A DNA stretch of 62,492 nt, counting the filler, from Chthonomonadaceae bacterium (GTDB lineage: Bacteria; Armatimonadota; Chthonomonadetes; Chthonomonadales; Chthonomonadaceae): NCBI GenBank assembly GCA_035650735.1. It is 3 parts of 3 records of this genome, joined end to end, with 100 filler letters (N's around TTAATTAATTAA, not from the genome) between each part and the next. Parts side by side here need not be neighbours in the genome. Positions count along the whole stretch, not along the records: positions 45,451 to 62,492 come from DASRGZ010000087.1; 2 more parts are not named here. One strand, written 5' to 3'. Below the pieces are notes generated by a model. It did no database searches. It saw only the letters and a list, made by a program, of their open reading frames with translations, and was not told the origin of the DNA. Shown here in pieces: positions 56,343 through 62,492 of the stretch (the stretch's first letter is position 1; every line of letters begins with the position of its first letter). Both the position numbers and the translations under genes were made by a program.

Positions 56343-57319
56343 CCTTTTACCCTTTCTTTTTGTTTGTAGGGAGGAAGCGCTCATCGCTTCCACAGTCTTT
56401 TTCCATGTTGATAGAGCAATTGAAGCTAGCATCCCTGACAGGAAACGCTCTTTTATCAACATGGGGTCTATGTATATCCGCTATTGCGGTAGGTAAGAAG
56501 CGAATACTACACCGGCCATGCGTGATCCGAGCGCACGGCCAGAACCAGGGCACGCAAGGTACGAGGTAGGCCCGACACAGCGGACGCATACCAGCGAACC
56601 CGGCAGATGCCGAGAGGTTTACCGGTGCTTGGGTGTTAGATTAGGGATCGTAAGTCCGATGGAGCGGGAGGATGCCATATCAGATGGCTATATCGGAGCT
56701 TTAACTTGGGTACGTGCAGATGATGCCGGTACGCGCCAGACCCCATCCGGAGCGTCTGTCAATCTTCTAGTAGGGAGGCGGATGCCGACGCAGCTCTCTT
56801 CGCTACGCTCTATGCGCCGCTCCCAAATTCCGGGGACAGCAGTTGAACCACATACACCATCACAAACACGATGGATGTCTCTCCTAACCTCGACCCTCAT
56901 TTTCGGCGCCTTTGCTGGCGATCTTTAGGGCCACCAATAAAATTTGCGACCGGACGAGCTTTTTGGCTAAGTGAGAACCCTTCGCATTGCGCAGTAGGAC
57001 CGAGTTGCGCTCAGCAGGACTGAGCGGATTCTATTAAGCACTCTTAGAGTTATAGGTAGGAAGGTGAGTGCGGTTAGTCGTCAGGGACTAACCTACGGGA
57101 CTTGCTATGGACAACTGATAAACTGCAGAAACAGAAACACCGGTTTGCCGGTTCTCCGCAATCACTCAGTTCAGCAAGGGAACAGCAGTATCGGAGGATA
57201 TGAGTGGGGACTTCAACAAGCGCGATTATAGCATACCAACAAACATATTACAAGAGGGTACGAAAAATATTACAAAAAATTTTTGGGTGGCCGCACGCAT
57301 CAGGGATTGCGGAAGCAGC

Positions 57320-57560
57320 CCCATGAGTGCCGGAGCCCTGGGGGCAGAGCCTTCAGGGGCGGATAGGTAGCTTTTAGCGACGGAATGGAGTTCCTTCGCT
57401 ATAGGGCCTTATGGACCGTGTGTCCCTGCGGGACACTCTCTGCTTGTCGGCAGCCGGTACGTGTCCCGGAGGGACACCCAGCCGCAGGCTCTAAAGCGAA
57501 GGGCTTTAGCCCGTCGAAAACAAGGGTCCGCCCTTGAAGGGCAGAGCCGGACGGGTCGGG
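57320..57560. repeat. REP-like palindrome cluster
   Basis: GTGTCCCTGCGGGACAC, GTGTCCCGGAGGGACAC, GCCCTTGAAGGGC and CTAAAGC..GCTTTAG. Confidence 0.7.
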
Positions 57561-57602
57561 TAACAAAAAAGCCCTCGGCACATAACCGAAGGCCTGGATG
57601 GA

Positions 57603-57689
57603 GAGTAGAAGGAAGCAAGAGCCGCTTCCTGGAGCCTCTCCCCTCGTTCCTAGAACCTCTTTAATTAGAGGCAGAAGGAAGCAAGAGCA
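57603..57689. repeat. Short direct repeats
   Basis: AGAAGGAAGCAAGAGC occurs twice, with TTCCTRGARCCTCT twice between the copies. Confidence 0.65.
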
Positions 57690-58853
57690 TTAACGGCGCT
57701 CCCCCAGGGGCACCCACTTCCGATCCCTGGGGCCGACGTACTCGGCGCGCGGGCGGATAATGCGCTGGCCCGGCATCATCTGCTCCATGATATGCGCGCA
57801 CCAGCCCGAGGTACGGCTGATGGCGAAGAGGGGCGTATAGAGTCGAATGGGCAGGCCCATCTCATGGTAGCAGGAGGCCGAGAAGCAATCCACGTTAGCG
57901 TAGATAGCCTGTTTGCCTGCCGCCAGGCGCTCCGGCGTGTTGCTGAGCTCGTCCACCAGCTTCTCGATAGCCGTCGTCATCTGGAACCATCGGAGGTCGT
58001 TGTGGAGCTCGCCCAATTTGCGGCTCATCTCGCGCAGGTGCGTGGCGCGCGGATCGGGGGCACGGTAGACGGCATGGCCAAAGCCGGGAATGGGCGTGCG
58101 CTTCTCGCCGGTCAGCTTGGGGCGCACCCATTGGTCCACTCTATCCACGCTGCCGATCTCCAGCAGCATGTTCATGGTCTCCTCCGCCGCACCGCCGTGC
58201 TTGGGGCCGGCGAGCGTGCCGATGCCCGTCACAATGCCGGAATAGAGGTCGGCCTGCACGGAGACCGTGACGCGGGCGGCAAAGGTGGAGGCATTAAGCT
58301 CGTGGTCGGCGTGGAGGATAAAATCAATATCCAGCGTTCGGACATCGAGCGGATCGGGCTGCTGCCCCTTAAGCATATAGAGGAAGTTGCCGGCCAGGTT
58401 GAGATCCGGGCGCGGCGGAATGGGCTCCTGGCCCTGACTCAATCGCTCGATAGCGGCCACGACGGTAGGCATTTTGGCCTGAAGGCGCGCGGCTTTGCGC
58501 AGGTTGGCCTCCGGCGCGTTGTTGCCGGCGTCGGGATCGAACATCTCTAGGGCTGAGACTGCCGTGCGCAGCGCCGCCATCGAATTAGCGTTCCTGGGAA
58601 AGCCGCGCAGAATCCCGATCACTTCCTCCGGCAACGCGCTGTTGTCGGCGATCTGGCATTTGAAGGTGTCCAGCTGCGCCGACGTCGGCAGGTCGCCATG
58701 CCATAAGAGATAGACCACTTCCTCGAACGTGGCCTGCTCGGCCAGATCATGGATGTTATACCCGCGGTAGTAGAGATTTCCGTTGGGCTGCACATCGCTG
58801 ATGGCCGATTCGCCGACGACAACTCCCCTCAAACCATCGCCATGCGTGGTCAT
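57690..58853 (-). CDS. gltA: Citrate synthase (short, dimeric-type; methylcitrate synthase not excluded)
   Basis: LYYRGY, HADHELNASTF, GPKHGGA, GFGHAVY..DPR and NVD. Confidence 0.92.
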   Translation of the reverse strand: MTTHGDGLRGVVVGESAISDVQPNGNLYYRGYNIHDLAEQATFEEVVYLLWHGDLPTSAQLDTFKCQIADNSALPEEVIGILRGFPRNANSMAALRTAVSALEMFDPDAGNNAPEANLRKAARLQAKMPTVVAAIERLSQGQEPIPPRPDLNLAGNFLYMLKGQQPDPLDVRTLDIDFILHADHELNASTFAARVTVSVQADLYSGIVTGIGTLAGPKHGGAAEETMNMLLEIGSVDRVDQWVRPKLTGEKRTPIPGFGHAVYRAPDPRATHLREMSRKLGELHNDLRWFQMTTAIEKLVDELSNTPERLAAGKQAIYANVDCFSASCYHEMGLPIRLYTPLFAISRTSGWCAHIMEQMMPGQRIIRPRAEYVGPRDRKWVPLGERR

Positions 58854-59281
58854 GATATACGTACCTCAGTTCCGGTGGATTGAAATTGGCGACTTGAGCG
58901 CTATCTGCCAGAATGATTCTAGCATGATTCTCAGGGGGAATGCAACGGCGCAGGCCGCTTCCGGGCAGGGGCATCGCCCGCAGCGCTTTGCCCTTCGCAT
59001 CGAAACAAGCGAGCCTACCGGCGAGGAGAGGAAACGGGGAAGCAAGGGATATTCGCCGCTCGGAAAAAAACGTGGTGGAGAGGCGGCATAGCCGGACCTC
59101 TCCACCCAAATAAGAGGGAGTATGGGCACAAATCTCCCTAATTGAATTGCTCATTCTGTTAGACGCTGCGCGCGCCGAATCTGTTTCAGCGGCGCCTATT
59201 CCCGTTTGGAGAGAGACAAGGAGGCAGAACGCTCCAACAGCCTCTTGCCCCCCGAACGCAGGACTGGTATAATAGCGAACA

Positions 59282-59869
59282 ATGAACCCTATTGATTCTG
59301 CCGATAAGGCCGGTCCCGTCTTTGGTATGCGCCACCCTTGGCTGCGCCTGCTGCCTGTGGTTTTGTGCCTGCTATGTCTTGCGCCCGGACGGCGCGCGGC
59401 GGAGAGCGCGCCGCCGGTTCCGATAACGCAGCGCCGCATCAATGAGATGGCTGCCGCGCTGGAGGAGGCACGGCGCACCCTGATCGCAGAGACGGGCCTG
59501 CGGCTGCCCGGAGAGGCGCTGTCGCACTATCTCGCGCGCATTGCCGCGCCGCTGCCTGGCGAAACGCCGGCCCGGCATAGGGCCCGAATAACGGGATACC
59601 TGGCCGCATTGCAGCGGGCCACGGCGCTGACCGCTTCCGGCCGTCAGGCGCCGCATCTGCTGGATGACCGCCCGGCCAACCGCCTCGCCTGGGAGCAGGC
59701 GGCCAGCGCCCTGCGCCATCTGCCCGGCCACGTTGCCAGGCTAGAGGCCGCCTGGCAGCGCTGCCGGGAGAGCCGGAATCCCCCTTCCCGCGAATTCGTC
59801 GCGGAGCTGGGAGAGAGCGTGCACCTTCTCCTGACCGCCTATGAGAAATTGCGCGACGCGCAGCCTTGA
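59282..59869 (+). CDS. Hypothetical helical exported protein
   Basis: Hydrophobic segment near the N-terminus and TATAAT 8 nt before the ATG. Start uncertain. Confidence 0.55.
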   Translation: MNPIDSADKAGPVFGMRHPWLRLLPVVLCLLCLAPGRRAAESAPPVPITQRRINEMAAALEEARRTLIAETGLRLPGEALSHYLARIAAPLPGETPARHRARITGYLAALQRATALTASGRQAPHLLDDRPANRLAWEQAASALRHLPGHVARLEAAWQRCRESRNPPSREFVAELGESVHLLLTAYEKLRDAQP

Positions 59870-59997
59870 GCTTGCCCACGCGCCAAAGGAGCCGCCCCAA
59901 CGTGATACGGAGCCCACTGCCGGAAAAATCGCGCGCCGTCCATCCTGAGTGTGAACCCTCCATCGCCACTTCCCGACTAAATAAGAGGAATATCGAG

Positions 59998-61902
59998 ATG
60001 GACGTGAGCTTTGCGCGTCGCGCTCTCTATAGGTCGATTTCCCGGGCTGTCCGATATTTTGCGCTGAGCAGGGGGAGCGGGTTGGCGCTGCTGCTGGGCG
60101 GTTTCCTGGCCGCCACGGCGCTTGCGGCTTCCGGCGCGCCGCCCGTGAAGGGGCTCGCTCCGGCTCCCCTGACGCTGGCCGAGGACGCGGTGGCGCAGAT
60201 GGCGGAGGGGCGCTATGCCGAGGCGGCGGAACAGGCCCGCAATGCCCTGAAATATGCTCCCGACGATCCGACTCTTCACGCGCTGGCCGGGGCCATCCTG
60301 CTGAGCACAGGCGACATCAAGGGCGCTCTGCCCGCGTTTCACAATGCGACGACCTGCGACGCCAACGACAGCCTGGCCTGCTACGGCCTGGGGCTGGCGC
60401 AACTGGCGCACGGCGAGCGCGCCGCCGCCCTGGCAAGCTTCCAGCGTTCTGCGCGCGCCGGGGGCGACCCGGCCTACCTGCTGGTGGCACAGCGCTATAC
60501 GCAATGGCTGGACGGCGTGCAGATGACGCTGGAGGGAGTGGGCCTTCCGGACGATTGTATGCCTGCCATCCAGGCTCTGCAAGGCCTGACTGCTGCGCGG
60601 CAGGGCGATGCCCGGCGGATAGCGGAGGCCCTGCAAACGGCGCTGGACGGGCTGCCGGGCGATATGATTTCAGAGCCGCGCGGGCTGTTGATGACCTTTG
60701 ATAAGGCCAGGCCGCTGGATACCGCCGCCGCGCCGCTGCCCGAAAGTCAGGGGCTGCACCCGCAGATACCGAACGCGCGGGCGCTAAGCGGCAATATTAC
60801 GCTGACGCCGGAGGGGCTTTCCTCCAGCGTGGCCTACGTCGCCTATCAGGTGGACGGTCAGCCGACCGGCTTGATCAATACGCCGCCCTTTCAATATACC
60901 TGGGACTCGCGCACCGTCCCCAACGGCTGGCACCTGCTCTCCATCGTCCTCTATGATCAGGGGGGGCGTGAGATCAACCGGGCGGAGCGGCGCATCCGCA
61001 CGTTCAACGCGCATGCCAGCGTCCTGGCGGGGGCGTCCGTCGAGCGCATGGCCCATCTGCGCAGCGCGCTCTGGAAGGCGCTGGCCCTGCATCCCGACCG
61101 GTGCGCCTGCGCCTATCTGCTGGGAACGGCCTGCCGCGCGCTGGGCCAGCCAGCGGAGGCGCGGGTGTGGTTTGCGCGGGCGGCGGCGATCCATCCGAGC
61201 TATCGGGATACTCGGCAGCAGCTGGCGGCGCTGGGCGGGCTGGGTGAAGCCGGCGAAACGATTTTCGGCGGGCCTGCGGATGAAAAGGTGGTCGCGCTGA
61301 CCTTTGATGATGGCCCCAAGCCTGGCATTACAGAGCCGCTGCTGGAGGTGCTAAAGCAGAATGGAGTTCAGGCCACGTTCTTCGTGGTCGGGAAGCAGGT
61401 GGCTCTCTACCCGAACCTGGCGCGTCAGATCGCGGAGGCGGGAATGGAGGTCGCCAATCACACCTATTCGCATCCGAACCTGATGGGGCTCTCCGCCGAG
61501 GACATCACCCGCGAGATATTGCGCACGCAGGCGGCTGTCGAGGCGGCAACCGGCAAAGTGCCCCGCTTCCTGCGACCTCCGGGCGGCAACTGGACGGCAG
61601 AAGCGGCCAGAACGGCGCGGCATTGGGGCCTGACTCCCTGCTTCTGGACGGTGGATGCCTACGCGGCGGAGGTGACCGGGCCGCAGCAGGTGGCGAATCT
61701 GGTGCTGGGACAGGTGCGCCCCGGCTCCATCGTGCTGATGCACAACGGCAAGATGAGCACCGTGCAGGCGCTGCCTACGATCATCCGGGTGCTGCGTGAG
61801 CGCGGCTACTCGTTTGTCACTGTGGAGACGATGGCCCGGCGCCTGGCGGCCGTCAAAGCCGCCGCGCGTGCCGCCGCCCACGCAAACGCTGCATCTAATT
61901 AG
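59998..61902 (+). CDS. Exported protein with TPR, Ig-like and polysaccharide deacetylase (NodB/CE4) domains
   Basis: VALTFDDGP, ANHTYSHP, LRPPGG and IVLMH; TPR helices; PPFQYTWDS Ig-like motif. Confidence 0.9.
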   Translation: MDVSFARRALYRSISRAVRYFALSRGSGLALLLGGFLAATALAASGAPPVKGLAPAPLTLAEDAVAQMAEGRYAEAAEQARNALKYAPDDPTLHALAGAILLSTGDIKGALPAFHNATTCDANDSLACYGLGLAQLAHGERAAALASFQRSARAGGDPAYLLVAQRYTQWLDGVQMTLEGVGLPDDCMPAIQALQGLTAARQGDARRIAEALQTALDGLPGDMISEPRGLLMTFDKARPLDTAAAPLPESQGLHPQIPNARALSGNITLTPEGLSSSVAYVAYQVDGQPTGLINTPPFQYTWDSRTVPNGWHLLSIVLYDQGGREINRAERRIRTFNAHASVLAGASVERMAHLRSALWKALALHPDRCACAYLLGTACRALGQPAEARVWFARAAAIHPSYRDTRQQLAALGGLGEAGETIFGGPADEKVVALTFDDGPKPGITEPLLEVLKQNGVQATFFVVGKQVALYPNLARQIAEAGMEVANHTYSHPNLMGLSAEDITREILRTQAAVEAATGKVPRFLRPPGGNWTAEAARTARHWGLTPCFWTVDAYAAEVTGPQQVANLVLGQVRPGSIVLMHNGKMSTVQALPTIIRVLRERGYSFVTVETMARRLAAVKAAARAAAHANAASN

Positions 61903-62108
61903 ACCTACGGCCAACCTCCGGGCCATAAATGACCCGTCTCGTGGGCCTGACGGCCAACCGTCCTGCGGACGGAACCCTCGGCTAGAGGCAGCGTCCGCCA
62001 GGACGCCTGGCGGCAAAGCCGCCCTACAGACGGGTACTTTCAGTGCCCGGACGGATTAATAGGAAATCGTTTGCGAAGAGAATCCACTCTCCAGGAGGGA
62101 GCTTGACC

Positions 62109-62492
62109 ATGCAGATCCGTTTCGGTCGCATCGGCAGTGTCGTCGCTCTCAGCGCCGCACTGTCGTTGGGGATCGCCCATACTCCGGCACAGGCCGCACC
62201 GCCTGACAATGCGTTGCTTGGCGTCCGTCTGATGTCCACCTACCGGGATGTGCTTCATAAATTGGGCCAGCCCCATGAGATCCAGGAAGGCGCTCCGGTT
62301 ACGCCTGCCGCGCCGAACACTCCAGGACAGCCTGGCGCCAGAGGTCCGGGTATGCCCGGAATGGGTTATCCTGGCATGGCTCCGGGTATGCCCGGAGCCG
62401 GCTTCCGTCCCCCGGGAGCCGGCATGGGCGGACGCGGCATCGGCGCTCCCAGCGGTCCCCCTCCCGGGATGATGGGCGGCTACCCCGGCATG
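62109..62492 (+). CDS. Secreted protein with a Gly/Pro/Met low-complexity region, truncated by the window end
   Basis: AGGAGG RBS, signal MQIRFGRIGSVVALSAALSLGIAHTPAQA, then PGMPGMGYPGMAPGMPG. No stop before the window end. Confidence 0.8.
   Translation, partial: MQIRFGRIGSVVALSAALSLGIAHTPAQAAPPDNALLGVRLMSTYRDVLHKLGQPHEIQEGAPVTPAAPNTPGQPGARGPGMPGMGYPGMAPGMPGAGFRPPGAGMGGRGIGAPSGPPPGMMGGYPGM

Overview
This is high-GC diderm bacterial DNA, probably Armatimonadota (Chthonomonadales-like). That assignment is an inference from the style of the DUF1559/H-X9-DG prepilin, the PEP-CTERM proteins and TolC. The window is three separate contigs joined by artificial N-TTAATTAATTAA-N linkers (18576-18675 and 45351-45450), so adjacency across the linkers means nothing. 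Contig 1 holds an IS end, a GH44 glycosidase, an RND efflux operon with MarR, a diiron (DUF455-like) / GalU-like / GHMP kinase-pyrophosphorylase operon, a 26-aa membrane peptide, a HEAT protein and a PhyH dioxygenase pair. Contig 2 holds a PEP-CTERM protein, GT2, a DPP-IV peptidase, class I fumarase, CbiX, an unclassified CAZyme-like protein, DinB, three HEAT membrane proteins with a shared triple LLR(P/A) tail, a molybdopterin oxidoreductase, a Rieske protein, a prepilin-like gene followed by nikR, a GT-C glycosyltransferase, infC-rpmI-rplT-pheS-hicBA-pheT and a second IS end. Contig 3 holds a thiolase fragment, a sugar ABC operon containing GH99-like and Rpn genes, iscS/iscU-like genes, an acyl-CoA dehydrogenase, a PEP-CTERM protein, citrate synthase and a TPR-polysaccharide deacetylase. 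I recognised no rRNA, tRNA or CRISPR array. The best candidates for new biology are (1) the triple-LLR-tail HEAT membrane family, (2) a His/Cys-rich pilin-like protein behind a NikR-type operator, (3) intergenic palindromic repeats translated in frame at the N-terminus of a glycosyltransferase, and (4) the diiron plus sugar kinase/pyrophosphorylase operon. All product calls come from motifs recognised by eye; no database search was run.
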